Positions 38,388-48,159 of a stretch of 54,051 nt of DNA are shown one piece after another; the first letter of the stretch is position 1, and each line of letters opens with the position of its first letter. The notes below the pieces were generated by a model that saw only the letters and a list, made by a program, of their open reading frames with translations, did not search any database and was not told the origin of the DNA. This DNA is from Clostridia bacterium (GTDB lineage: Bacteria > Bacillota > Clostridia > UMGS1883 > UMGS1540), in the NCBI GenBank assembly GCA_045533905.1, contig JAZSIR010000014.1, positions 1-54,051 on the forward strand. Direction: 5' to 3'. Position numbers and translations under genes: made by a program.

Positions 38388-39337
38388 CCCTGTGTCCTCC
38401 ACCTTGCTGCAAAGATTTTTCGTACGAGCTGTGTCGGCATACAAAGAAGTACGAAAGTGAAGCATTTATCCTTGAAAAGTGCCGGATTTTTCTCGATTCC
38501 GAAAAAAGCCCGCCACGCTTTTTTCTTCTGTCCGTCAATGGCATAGTGCCGTGCGCGCCGCATAGTAAACCAGCCCATCACGCGGCGGATGCTTGCCTTC
38601 GTTTCGGCCGAAACGGCGGCATCCTTATAAACATCCTCGACCGCCTCGAAGAAGAACCAGTCAGGATCGAAGGACAAGTCCTTCGTGGCGGTGCTGTTGC
38701 TCTTTTCGTACAGCGTTGTAATATGCGGGCTCAGGAGGACGGGATAGTATACAGCGGCCAGCAGAAAGAAGGCGAGGTCCTCCCCTATTTTGCACCCCTC
38801 GCGAAAACCGCCTGCAGCCTCGGCCGCCGCGCGGGAAACACATGCGCAGGTGGTGTTATGCGTTTTGGCGCGTTTATCGCGATCGTATTCGGCGAAGAAA
38901 TCGGAAATATACAAAAACCCTTCACTATCCCCGCGACCTTCGAAAAAATCTGTGTGCGCAAGGAGAGACCCGTCGGGACATTTGACCTGCCCGAGCGTCG
39001 CATACGTGCCGCAGTCCGGATATTTCGAAATCATATGCGCAAGATGCGCAAGATGGTTGGGATTCCAGATATCATCGCAGTCCAAAAACGCGAAGTAGTC
39101 GCGCGTGGCATTTTGCATCCCCGTGTTCCGAGCCCGCGAAACGCCGCCATTTTCCTGCGAAATGATTTTTATTTTTTCATTTTCTGTATAGGCTTTCAGA
39201 ATTTCCGCGGTTTGGTCGGTCGAGCCGTCGTTTACCACAATGAGTTCCCAGTCGACAAAGCTTTGCGAAAGCACGCAACCGATTGCTCTTTCTATAAACT
39301 TTTCACCGTTATATACGGGGATAATAACCGAAAACAT
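38384..39337 (-). CDS. Glycosyltransferase family 2
   Basis: SVIIPVYN, VNDGSTD, ARNTG, FLDCDD, GED. Confidence 0.93.
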   Translation of the reverse strand: MFSVIIPVYNGEKFIERAIGCVLSQSFVDWELIVVNDGSTDQTAEILKAYTENEKIKIISQENGGVSRARNTGMQNATRDYFAFLDCDDIWNPNHLAHLAHMISKYPDCGTYATLGQVKCPDGSLLAHTDFFEGRGDSEGFLYISDFFAEYDRDKRAKTHNTTCACVSRAAAEAAGGFREGCKIGEDLAFFLLAAVYYPVLLSPHITTLYEKSNSTATKDLSFDPDWFFFEAVEDVYKDAAVSAETKASIRRVMGWFTMRRARHYAIDGQKKKAWRAFFGIEKNPALFKDKCFTFVLLCMPTQLVRKIFAARWRTQG

Positions 39338-39349
39338 AGCGTGCCTCCC

Positions 39350-40669
39350 TTAAATAAAATAAAATAACATAAACGGCCAATCGACAAAAAAGTCAACTGA
39401 AAAGCCAAACACGATGAAGCCGAGCATAAAGACGAGCTGCAGCATTTTAATATCCTCATTGCCGTATCCGCTTTTTTTCGAGAAGTGCTGATACAGCCGC
39501 CATACAAAAACGGAAAGAATCGGTACATAAATCATAATCGTGCCGAGAATGCCGAAGTTCATAATGCTCTGCAGATACGAATTGTGGCAGGCCATAGAGG
39601 TGATGGAGGTGTCAAGCGCGTAGACGGTGATAACACTGCCGCCCACAAGCTTCCCCCAAAGGCCTTTCTTTGCAAAAACGGTGCTGATTTCGCCCCAGAT
39701 GGCGGAGCGGTCCGTGGTAAGAAGGTCCCACCTGCCGCGCGGAATGTACGAAAGCTTTTCTTCTACACGGATAATAAGACCGGCAATGGCATCAATCTGC
39801 CGGAAGGCAGGAATCGAAAGAAGAAGCACAAGGCCCACGGCCCCTACTACAAAGCCGACAAGAAGAATGGGCACGGCGCGGCCGCGGAATTTCAGAATGA
39901 CTAAAAAGACGGAGAACACGCCGAGAATGAGAAGCGCAGAAAGCGAGGCAGTCTGCAAAAGCATCACGGCGAAAAGCGCCAGAAACACGATGCGCAAAAT
40001 TTTGGGGATCCCCCGTACCACAATGGAGCATAAAATACAAAGACTGTAGAAAAGACCGGCAAAGTTCGAGTCGCCCAGTGCACCGAAATTTCGGTTAACC
40101 GTTTGCGCACCTGCACCCATAACATTGATATCGACGTTTACGTCCGGACTTGTCCAGCCGAAGACGCCGCTCGCGGTGCCGCCGAGAAGGAAGGCGTAGA
40201 TAAATTTCCGCATAAGGCGGTCATCCCGCAGAACCTCGAGAAGAATACAGTAAATGAGCGTGCAGTCTACAATGACGTTGAGGCCTATACGAAGGCTCTC
40301 AATCTGCGGCACTGCAAAAATGCTGTGCAGAAAAATAACAAAAAGCGCGGGAATATGGAAAATGCGAAATTGTGTTTTGAAAAGACGAAGTGCCAGTTTC
40401 AGCACCACGAGGTAGGAATACAGGCGGAAAACCGGCGTATCCCCGAGGAGCATTTTGTACCGCATATACATAAAGAGTGCGGCGTACATATAAAAGTTTT
40501 CGTCGAAAAAGCAAATGGCAACACAAAGGAAGAGAAGGGCGGATGCGGGCGCTGTAAGCTGCGGGAACGCGCCAGGCAAAAGGCAGCACAGAAAGCCGAT
40601 GAGAAAGACAATATCAAAAAATCTGCGCGCACGGGCATTTTTTTCCGTGCTCAAATTTTTCGTTTCCAT
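39350..40669 (-). CDS. Wzy/O-antigen ligase-like polymerase
   Basis: Polytopic membrane protein; DSNFAG, R..IW, HNSYLQ...FGILG. Confidence 0.8.
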   Translation of the reverse strand: METKNLSTEKNARARRFFDIVFLIGFLCCLLPGAFPQLTAPASALLFLCVAICFFDENFYMYAALFMYMRYKMLLGDTPVFRLYSYLVVLKLALRLFKTQFRIFHIPALFVIFLHSIFAVPQIESLRIGLNVIVDCTLIYCILLEVLRDDRLMRKFIYAFLLGGTASGVFGWTSPDVNVDINVMGAGAQTVNRNFGALGDSNFAGLFYSLCILCSIVVRGIPKILRIVFLALFAVMLLQTASLSALLILGVFSVFLVILKFRGRAVPILLVGFVVGAVGLVLLLSIPAFRQIDAIAGLIIRVEEKLSYIPRGRWDLLTTDRSAIWGEISTVFAKKGLWGKLVGGSVITVYALDTSITSMACHNSYLQSIMNFGILGTIMIYVPILSVFVWRLYQHFSKKSGYGNEDIKMLQLVFMLGFIVFGFSVDFFVDWPFMLFYFI

Positions 40670-40691
40670 TCTGTCGCCCCTTTCCGGATTT

Positions 40692-42629
40692 TTATATCGC
40701 CTCTACAATTTCATAGAAAATAGCGATATCGTTTTCGTTGCCGTAATTTGTATTCTGAATCGTTTCTCTGTAGGTATCCAGCATTCCGCGATTCTCGAGT
40801 AACGCGCGAAGCCCGGCATAAAGGCCTTCCTCCGTGTTTTCCAATATGATGCCGTCGCGCCCGGCGCGAAGCTGCTCGGAGGAAGATGTGTAAGCCGTAA
40901 CCACGGGCACAAGCCCCATAATAAGCCCTTCTGTTACGACCATCGGCTTCCCTTCGTGAATCGACGGCAGGAACAGAATATCGGCTCGTTTCATATACGG
41001 AATCGGATTTTCGCGAAGCCCTACCGGAAGAATGATATCGGCAAGGCCATACTCGGAGAGAAGCGCACGGAATTTTTCCTCATCGCGCCCTTTGCCTACC
41101 ACAATCCAGCGGACGCCTTCCAAAAGCCCATCGTCGCGAAGCCTTTTGAATACGCGCGCGGCGCGGTCCAGCCCCTTCTCATCAAAGTTGATTCTCGAAA
41201 CGGAGAGGAATGTAAGCGCCTTTTCGGAAAGCGGCCAGTCGCACGCTTCCTCGCCCCGTGCGCGAAGTGCCGCGGCTGTGAGAAGGTTTGGCATCGTAAA
41301 GCTCTTCTTCGCATACGAAGGATGCGCCCGAAGGAAGCTCTCCCGTGTCGCCCCGGAAACGAAAACGAGCGCCGAAGCCGTATCAAAGGCCTTTTTATCC
41401 ACCTTGAAGGAAAGGCCCGCTTTTTCAAAATCGTTATGAATCCACAAAAGCTTCTTTTTTGCCTCGACTCTTTGCATCACATAGTTTAACGGCCACGTCA
41501 TTTCAAAAGCGAGCGCTATATCGTAGCTTTTTGGCGACACTGCAGAATAGCGGCATCCCTGGCGTGACATTATCTGCACGCCCATTTTCTTGTTGTGCCG
41601 GATTTTCTTACAGTAGATTTCCTGCACTTTGGCCCATAAATACGCGGGCGAAAGTCCTTTGCGAAGAATATTGCCAACGTCCCCCGCCTGGTGCATTTTG
41701 GCAGGCGGCAGAATACGGACATCCTCGCGGATGCCATATCTGCCCTCTCCCTTTTCATAGAAGAGAACATCAATGTCATACTTTTCCGTATCGAGCGCGT
41801 TCACAAAATTTACAAACGACGTCATCGCCCCGCCGACGTGCGCGTGCAGAAAGCAAAGGAGAAGGCTTTCCTTTTCGCCTTCCTTTTTTCCCGTCTGCCA
41901 AGCCTTTCCACGGAAAGGATGCGGAGAGGGGAGTGTGTTATCTGTTAAAACACCTTCGATATAGTCGGGATGTGTCATAATTTCCACATCGGCGCGGTAT
42001 TTTTCAGGATGCGCGAGCCTTTCAAAATCCTGCACCGAGCCAAAATACTTTGTGGTGCGGATTTGCTTCCCACCTACCCGAAGGTGCCGGAGAAGAAAAT
42101 TGAAAAGGCCCTTATACACGGCAAACGGAAGCGAAAAATCGTTTTCGGGAATGTTACGGCTGATGCGGACGGAAGTAAAACCGTATTTTTTCAGAAGCTT
42201 TCGCACCACGCTGTATACGCTTATATACACGTGAGTGTAGTTATGTGAATCCATATGCATAAGCGGAAAGCCCATAGAAATATATTTTTGCATCTGTGCC
42301 TCAGCCTCCGCATAGATGGCGCGGCGGATAGGGCGGCCAAGATAAAACCGGGCGCGAAGCGGCACATGAAATGTGCCGAGAAAATATCCGTTTTCATCGC
42401 AAAGCGGCGATGCGGCACACGTGGGCGAAAGCGCCTTCCCCTCGGTGAGATTCAGGTGCAGGCCCACTTTATCGAAAAATCCGTTTTCGCGGGAGAGGCT
42501 TGCGGCCTCCTCCGCATACGGCATATTGACCATAAGGGTAGTGCGGTGAATTTGCCCCGCACGAAATGCATCCGTGATAGCGCGGTTTACAGATGCGGAA
42601 TAGCCAAAATCATCTGCATGCATCAACAT
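40692..42629 (-). CDS. ChbG/YdjC deacetylase fused to GT4 glycosyltransferase
   Basis: ADDFG, GLHLNLTEG, HMDSH, EIMTHP, then GGA..S, EKGLDR, EGKPMVVTE. Confidence 0.85.
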   Translation of the reverse strand: MLMHADDFGYSASVNRAITDAFRAGQIHRTTLMVNMPYAEEAASLSRENGFFDKVGLHLNLTEGKALSPTCAASPLCDENGYFLGTFHVPLRARFYLGRPIRRAIYAEAEAQMQKYISMGFPLMHMDSHNYTHVYISVYSVVRKLLKKYGFTSVRISRNIPENDFSLPFAVYKGLFNFLLRHLRVGGKQIRTTKYFGSVQDFERLAHPEKYRADVEIMTHPDYIEGVLTDNTLPSPHPFRGKAWQTGKKEGEKESLLLCFLHAHVGGAMTSFVNFVNALDTEKYDIDVLFYEKGEGRYGIREDVRILPPAKMHQAGDVGNILRKGLSPAYLWAKVQEIYCKKIRHNKKMGVQIMSRQGCRYSAVSPKSYDIALAFEMTWPLNYVMQRVEAKKKLLWIHNDFEKAGLSFKVDKKAFDTASALVFVSGATRESFLRAHPSYAKKSFTMPNLLTAAALRARGEEACDWPLSEKALTFLSVSRINFDEKGLDRAARVFKRLRDDGLLEGVRWIVVGKGRDEEKFRALLSEYGLADIILPVGLRENPIPYMKRADILFLPSIHEGKPMVVTEGLIMGLVPVVTAYTSSSEQLRAGRDGIILENTEEGLYAGLRALLENRGMLDTYRETIQNTNYGNENDIAIFYEIVEAI

Positions 42630-42643
42630 CGCAGTTCCCTCCC

Positions 42644-43633
42644 TTATTTTCGCAATCCGAAAATTTTCCCCGGCAGCACTGCCGAGGTCGGCCAGACATA
42701 AAATACAATATACATAAGGCGGCGCATCAGTGAAATGCCACGCCTTTTTATCATTTTCTGGAAGCTTTCGCGGTACAGCTTCACATAGGTGCCATCGGCA
42801 GCGGCCGTATTTCTGGCTTCTTTCGGCAGCTGCATCTGCTCGGCATAGCGCAAAATCAAATCCGTGCAGATTTTCTCGTGTGTGCGCATCACCTGCACCG
42901 GTTTTCCTTCCTTCTCAAAAAAAGCAATCCGTTCTTCATATGCGCGCATAAAATCCCAGGCACGCGGATGGTCCTTCAGCTTATTCGCAATATCGCTCAT
43001 AATACTGCCGGGGTGCTGATAATAGTAGTAAAGCTTTTCTTCTGTCATCACCACGCGGCCTGCTTTATAGATAGCGCGCCAGGTGGTAAACTCATCCTCG
43101 TTCCACACGCCTTTCGGGAACGCTATGCCGCCGAAAGTATCTTTTTTATATACTTTGGCACAGCTTTGCGACTTCATTTTCCCGCAGAGAAGGCTTCCCT
43201 CGCCCGTAGCTGTGGAAAGTTCTTCTTCCTTCTGCAAAGCCGAAAATGTATCTGCCGCACCCTTTTCATAGCCACACTGCGCGGCATCGGCATCGTGCTC
43301 CCGACATAAGGACAGCATTCTCTCTGCAAAATTCGGGTGCACAAAATCGTCAGAATCAAGGAAGGTGATAAAGTCTTCCTTCCCTGCCCGCTCGCATACA
43401 TAGGCAAGGCCGTAGTTTCTGGCATCGGAAAGACCACCGTTTTCTTTATGGAGTGCGACTACATTTTCATATTTTTCGGCATATGCGTCGCAAATGGCGG
43501 GAGCATTATCGGGCGAGCCGTCGTCCACCAGAACGATTTCGACGTTCTCCGCCGTCTGCCCTAAAACGGAATCGATGCATCTTGCAAGATATGCCTCTGT
43601 TTTGTAAACAGGGATAATAAAGAAAAGTTTCAT
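42644..43633 (-). CDS. Glycosyltransferase family 2
   Basis: IIPVYK, VDDGSPD, NGGLSDARN, FLDSDD, ED. Confidence 0.93.
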   Translation of the reverse strand: MKLFFIIPVYKTEAYLARCIDSVLGQTAENVEIVLVDDGSPDNAPAICDAYAEKYENVVALHKENGGLSDARNYGLAYVCERAGKEDFITFLDSDDFVHPNFAERMLSLCREHDADAAQCGYEKGAADTFSALQKEEELSTATGEGSLLCGKMKSQSCAKVYKKDTFGGIAFPKGVWNEDEFTTWRAIYKAGRVVMTEEKLYYYYQHPGSIMSDIANKLKDHPRAWDFMRAYEERIAFFEKEGKPVQVMRTHEKICTDLILRYAEQMQLPKEARNTAAADGTYVKLYRESFQKMIKRRGISLMRRLMYIVFYVWPTSAVLPGKIFGLRK

Positions 43634-43638
43634 ATGTA

Positions 43639-44478
43639 TTACTCTCTTTCGAGTGTTACCAGTAAGACCTCGGGCGGATTCCACACGCGCATTTTACGGA
43701 TGTTCTTATCGCAGCCGCCGCTGACTATGAGCGTGCTTTCTTCCTCTTCATAAATTCCATACTCGTAGTTTGGGAATGTGCCGTGATTTCCATAAACGCC
43801 GCCCAGAAACGGCAGGCGGATAATGCCACCGTGCGAATCACCCGACAAAATCAGGTCAGCCCCCGCATCCTTTATATCCGGATACATATCGGACCTGTGA
43901 TTCAGAAGTATGGAAAAACCTTCGAACGCCTCTGTCTCCTCCGAAATGATGCGGCGTTTCTCCAAAATTTCTTCTTTGCTCACCGTCGAATCCTTCGAGT
44001 TGGAAAGGCCTATAAGCAGAATACTGTCGCCATCCTTTTCCAAAACGACTCTGTCATCCGTAAGCCAGGTGACACCCGCAAAGTGAAGCGTATCATAAAT
44101 ATCCCAATACGCCTCGTTCTGGCTTTCGTGGTCGCCCGAAACGGCATAGATGGGTATTTCGCCGCTAAAAGCCTCGGCAATCTTTTTCGCCTCTCGCGCG
44201 CGGCCTTCCGGAAGCTGTACAAGGTCGCCCAGAAACAACAGAATATCCGGCTTTGCATTTTCAATATGCCGTATAATCTGCGTATGGAACGGGGCATCGT
44301 GCAAATCGGAAATGACGAAAATCTTATAGCCGTCAAACCCCTTGGGCACCTTTTCGCTATGCACCGTATACGCCCGAAGGTATACCTTTTCGTTCATACG
44401 GGCATTTACGAAATACAAAATGCCGGTGAGAACCAATAGCGCGAGAAAAATGCAAAATGCGATTTTTACTTTCCGCAT
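43639..44478 (-). CDS. Membrane-anchored metallophosphoesterase (YkuE-like)
   Basis: SDLH, GDL, GDHE, LNH, GDSHGG. Confidence 0.88.
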   Translation of the reverse strand: MRKVKIAFCIFLALLVLTGILYFVNARMNEKVYLRAYTVHSEKVPKGFDGYKIFVISDLHDAPFHTQIIRHIENAKPDILLFLGDLVQLPEGRAREAKKIAEAFSGEIPIYAVSGDHESQNEAYWDIYDTLHFAGVTWLTDDRVVLEKDGDSILLIGLSNSKDSTVSKEEILEKRRIISEETEAFEGFSILLNHRSDMYPDIKDAGADLILSGDSHGGIIRLPFLGGVYGNHGTFPNYEYGIYEEEESTLIVSGGCDKNIRKMRVWNPPEVLLVTLERE

Positions 44479-44493
44479 ATTTCTTCCTACCCT

Positions 44494-46704
44494 TTAGAAA
44501 AACAGCTGCTTGGGCTTTGCATAGTAGAAGCCCTGTCTGAAATCAAAGTCGAGCATCGAAACGATATTATCCTGTGCCTTATCCTCCACGCCGCAAATGC
44601 AGACGCGGATTTTCTTCTCGTGGCACTTCTGGACCACGTCCGCAAGATAATGGAGCATATCCACGGCCGCGGCCATACGGTCCTCCTTCGAGGTGGCATA
44701 CATATCATTATGCAGAATGTCAAGGCTCATTTTTACGTATTCCGGTTCGATGACGCGGATGATTTCGTTGTTCTCATCCGAATTTTCAAAGCGGTCCACA
44801 CAAACAGCGATGCCCATCTGCTTTACAAGCATAATTTCTTCGAGATAGGCCGAAAGCTCGTGTCCGGAAAGCTCAAGACAGATGGAATCGGCAGGAACAC
44901 CCGTCTTTTCAATATTCGCAATCAGAATATCGTTAATCTTAAAGTCCGAAAGTTCCGAACGCGGACAGTTGATGTGGATGACAGGATACTGCACATCCTT
45001 TTCGCGCATTGCCACAATATCGCGGCAGACGCTCTCCACAATCCAGGCATTAAGCTCGTGGAAAAGACCGAGGCGCGAGGCACATTCGATAATCCTGCCC
45101 GGAGGCACGGCACCAAGGGACGGGCTCTTCCAGCGGATGAATACTTCCTTATGCGGTCTGGCCGCCTCATCTGCACGGAGCATATCCTGGTATACGAGGA
45201 AGAATTCGGAGAAATCCTCCTGATACTGTGCATAGAAGGCTGCCTCCAGTTCATCGAGTTTTGTCTCGTCCAGTTCCTTTTTGTCGGAGGGTACCGCCTG
45301 GCCGTTTTCGCCGGCCAGTTCTGCCTGGTGTTTTGCAAAGCGCTTTGCAAATTCAATGAAAAGGAGCGCTACCAGAAGACCGCCGAACGCCAGAATCGTG
45401 ATGAACACCGTAACGGTTTTTACGGGAACATCCGCCACAACCTCGGGGGCAATCAGATACTCGAGATCCGTAGTGACCTTTGTGCCGAAAAGCTCGTTGA
45501 TTGAAGCATTGGCAAGACTGCAGTAGCGCGCGGAAAGCGTTTCCACCTCTTCGAAAATCTTCTCATTTTCAGAAAGCAGGCGCGCCTTCGTTTCCGCCGG
45601 CACGGTATCGTTTGCAAAGGAATCTATAATGGCCGTATAGTAGTCAATACTGTGTGTTGCGGAAGAAGCGTTAATCGCATTATCCACATAGCTTGTTACG
45701 ATGCGGTCATATGTATTTTTGAATTCCGCCACATCATAATCGTATAAAACGTCCTGGTCGCGGTTATTCGAAGAATCGGTATTCGACTGTACATTTTCCG
45801 CCTGCCGGTAAAGGCCTGCCGCCTTGTACGAATCATAAAAGCGGCTTATTGAGGTTTTATAGTGTTCTGCAACGTCCTCGCTTACCGAACGCGATTCCGA
45901 AAGCTCCTTCACCTTCGTCTGGTAGCTCTTTATCACCATTTCGGCATCCTTTGCGAGATTGCCCGCGCGGATATTGCCGTAGTACTTCGCGTGCTGGATG
46001 TTGCGGAGGTTTGTGTACAGTGCTGCAAGCTCGCCGAAGGAATACCCCGTGGTTTTCGAGCGGAAATCGGGGTGCCACGCGGCGAGATCCTCAAGATACG
46101 CCGCCGTATCATCAATTTCCTGCCCCATAATATCGGCAATATCAATATAGTCTGCCGAGGCACCCGACACGATTTTGGCAAAGTCGGCCACGGTGCTTTT
46201 TCCGTAATACTTATCGAGAAGGAACTCGTCATAGGCACCTATAATGGCGCTGAACATCTTCGCACCGAACTCGTCGCCAAGCCCATGCTTATACGTAAAG
46301 CGCATTTCGAATTCCGTTGTCGGCGCTTCATATTTTTCGCCGAGAAGTGCGGCCGATTCCGAAACCTCACTGTCGAGCTCTGTAACGACCTTTTCGATCG
46401 AAATGTTCTGGCGGATGCCCTTTACGTCAAGCCCGTCCTTCTTCTCCATTCCGAGGGAGGAAAGGGCACTCTGAATGACAACGGGGTTCTGGATTTCGTA
46501 CGGGTCAAGCTTACGCTCCCCATCCGGCGCAAGCCCTTCGAGTGCGCCCGTGTGGTTATACTTAAAGCCTAAAACGCAGGTATACGTCTGCATACTGCCC
46601 GCCACGAAATACGCGAGGATACCGATGGCCATCGAGGCAGCCAGCACCTTCAGAAAGGATTTCCGAATGATTTGCATCATTTCATAAATGCTTAAAAGTC
46701 CCAT
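44494..46704 (-). CDS. Polysaccharide co-polymerase-like membrane protein with C-terminal degenerate EAL domain
   Basis: TM-large helical domain-TM, then FLVYQ, EVFIRW, IN, CGVE, QGFYYAKP. Confidence 0.8.
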   Translation of the reverse strand: MGLLSIYEMMQIIRKSFLKVLAASMAIGILAYFVAGSMQTYTCVLGFKYNHTGALEGLAPDGERKLDPYEIQNPVVIQSALSSLGMEKKDGLDVKGIRQNISIEKVVTELDSEVSESAALLGEKYEAPTTEFEMRFTYKHGLGDEFGAKMFSAIIGAYDEFLLDKYYGKSTVADFAKIVSGASADYIDIADIMGQEIDDTAAYLEDLAAWHPDFRSKTTGYSFGELAALYTNLRNIQHAKYYGNIRAGNLAKDAEMVIKSYQTKVKELSESRSVSEDVAEHYKTSISRFYDSYKAAGLYRQAENVQSNTDSSNNRDQDVLYDYDVAEFKNTYDRIVTSYVDNAINASSATHSIDYYTAIIDSFANDTVPAETKARLLSENEKIFEEVETLSARYCSLANASINELFGTKVTTDLEYLIAPEVVADVPVKTVTVFITILAFGGLLVALLFIEFAKRFAKHQAELAGENGQAVPSDKKELDETKLDELEAAFYAQYQEDFSEFFLVYQDMLRADEAARPHKEVFIRWKSPSLGAVPPGRIIECASRLGLFHELNAWIVESVCRDIVAMREKDVQYPVIHINCPRSELSDFKINDILIANIEKTGVPADSICLELSGHELSAYLEEIMLVKQMGIAVCVDRFENSDENNEIIRVIEPEYVKMSLDILHNDMYATSKEDRMAAAVDMLHYLADVVQKCHEKKIRVCICGVEDKAQDNIVSMLDFDFRQGFYYAKPKQLFF

Positions 46705-46707
46705 TCG

Positions 46708-48159
46708 TCACACCCCTTTCTCTTCCAGCTTGATTTGTGCCAGAAGCTGTTTCTTTCGCTGTACTTTCTTCGCATCTGCCCAGATGGAAAGGAAGGTGCA
46801 AAGTACAAACATCATCGCGGCACCGAGAAGAAATACGATGCCCGCCTTCATCACAAAGCGTGTGCCAATCAGCGAGTTTTCGCGGACTTCCGCCCGCAGG
46901 AATTCGCCGTTTGTGCCGACGAGGCACTCGCGGACAACCTCTGCAGAAAGACTGGTCAGCGCCGTATATTCCGCATCCAGCTCCGCAAAGAGCGTTTCGC
47001 ATTTTTCCAAAAGCCGCTCTCTTTCCCCGCCCGCCGCGGGTGCCGCGCCGCCGTAGCGTACGAGGTCTTCCTCTAAAGAACGGAGGATTTCGCTGTATTC
47101 GGAAACGCTTTCCTTGGCGGAATCCATCTGATTCACCACGGTATCAAAGGCCGTTTTCGGTCTTGCCTGATAAAGGCCCTGCTCCTTATCGCGCACAACG
47201 TTGATAAGGTTTTCCGTGAACGTATGGTCATAATTCGTCATAGCATACGCGGTAATCGCCGCCTGATCGACAAATTTATTATACTTCAGAAGAGTATTCT
47301 CGATATTGACACGGATTTTATTTACGGCGCTTTCGGGGTTCTTCGAAAGGCCCGAGGAATCCACAAAGTTTTCGATACTGTCGAGCTTATTGGTGATGAG
47401 AAGGTCATATCTGCCGCGTAAATCCTTGAGGGACACACCCTTCTCTTCGGAAACAAACTTGGGGGCCTTTTTCTCCAGTGCTGATAAATAGGCCGTTACG
47501 GCGCGCTTTTTCGTCTTATATACCTGGATTTTCTCGCCGTAATCATATCCGTCTGTCTCGCCCAGATCCGTCACGCGTAAAAAGCCGCTGATGCCGCCCT
47601 TTTCCTCGGAGATGTATTTCCGGTTGGCCGCCACAAGCGCCTCTAAAAATTCGCGGCTCTCATCGGGCGCAAAGAGCATTCTGACGAGATTTGTGGTTTT
47701 ATAATCGTGCGGCTGCACGAAGGTGATCTGATATTCATTCGCCACATAGCTGAAATCGTTCCCCTCCATACGGGCAGAGGAAACGTGCGAGCTTGCAGAG
47801 CCTTCGAGCTTCGAGTATACATAGAACTGGTCGCGAAGGTCCTCCACGGTGAAGTTTGCATATTTTCCCTTTGCCTGCATCGAAGCGAGTGCTTCCGCGA
47901 GGCGGTCGTCCGAGATAAAATCGTAATAGACAAAGCGGCTGCCGTCGGGATATTTCGACTGGGCAATCTCCGGATAACTCAGAACAACGTGTGCCTTCGA
48001 TACGGCGTACTCAATATACGTATAGCGGCACGCATACGCTACCGAAGCCAGAATACCGCCGATGAGCATATAAATGACAAGTCTCTTGAATTTTTTGGCT
48101 CTGCCGCGGTAAAACGCCTTTTTCACGCCTTTCAAAGGATTCTTTTTCTTTTGTTTCAC
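46708..48159 (-). CDS. Polysaccharide co-polymerase-like membrane protein (2 TM, helical external domain)
   Basis: N- and C-terminal TM helices; KYPDGSRF parallels LAPDGERKL of the neighbouring gene. Confidence 0.65.
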   Translation of the reverse strand: MKQKKKNPLKGVKKAFYRGRAKKFKRLVIYMLIGGILASVAYACRYTYIEYAVSKAHVVLSYPEIAQSKYPDGSRFVYYDFISDDRLAEALASMQAKGKYANFTVEDLRDQFYVYSKLEGSASSHVSSARMEGNDFSYVANEYQITFVQPHDYKTTNLVRMLFAPDESREFLEALVAANRKYISEEKGGISGFLRVTDLGETDGYDYGEKIQVYKTKKRAVTAYLSALEKKAPKFVSEEKGVSLKDLRGRYDLLITNKLDSIENFVDSSGLSKNPESAVNKIRVNIENTLLKYNKFVDQAAITAYAMTNYDHTFTENLINVVRDKEQGLYQARPKTAFDTVVNQMDSAKESVSEYSEILRSLEEDLVRYGGAAPAAGGERERLLEKCETLFAELDAEYTALTSLSAEVVRECLVGTNGEFLRAEVRENSLIGTRFVMKAGIVFLLGAAMMFVLCTFLSIWADAKKVQRKKQLLAQIKLEEKGV

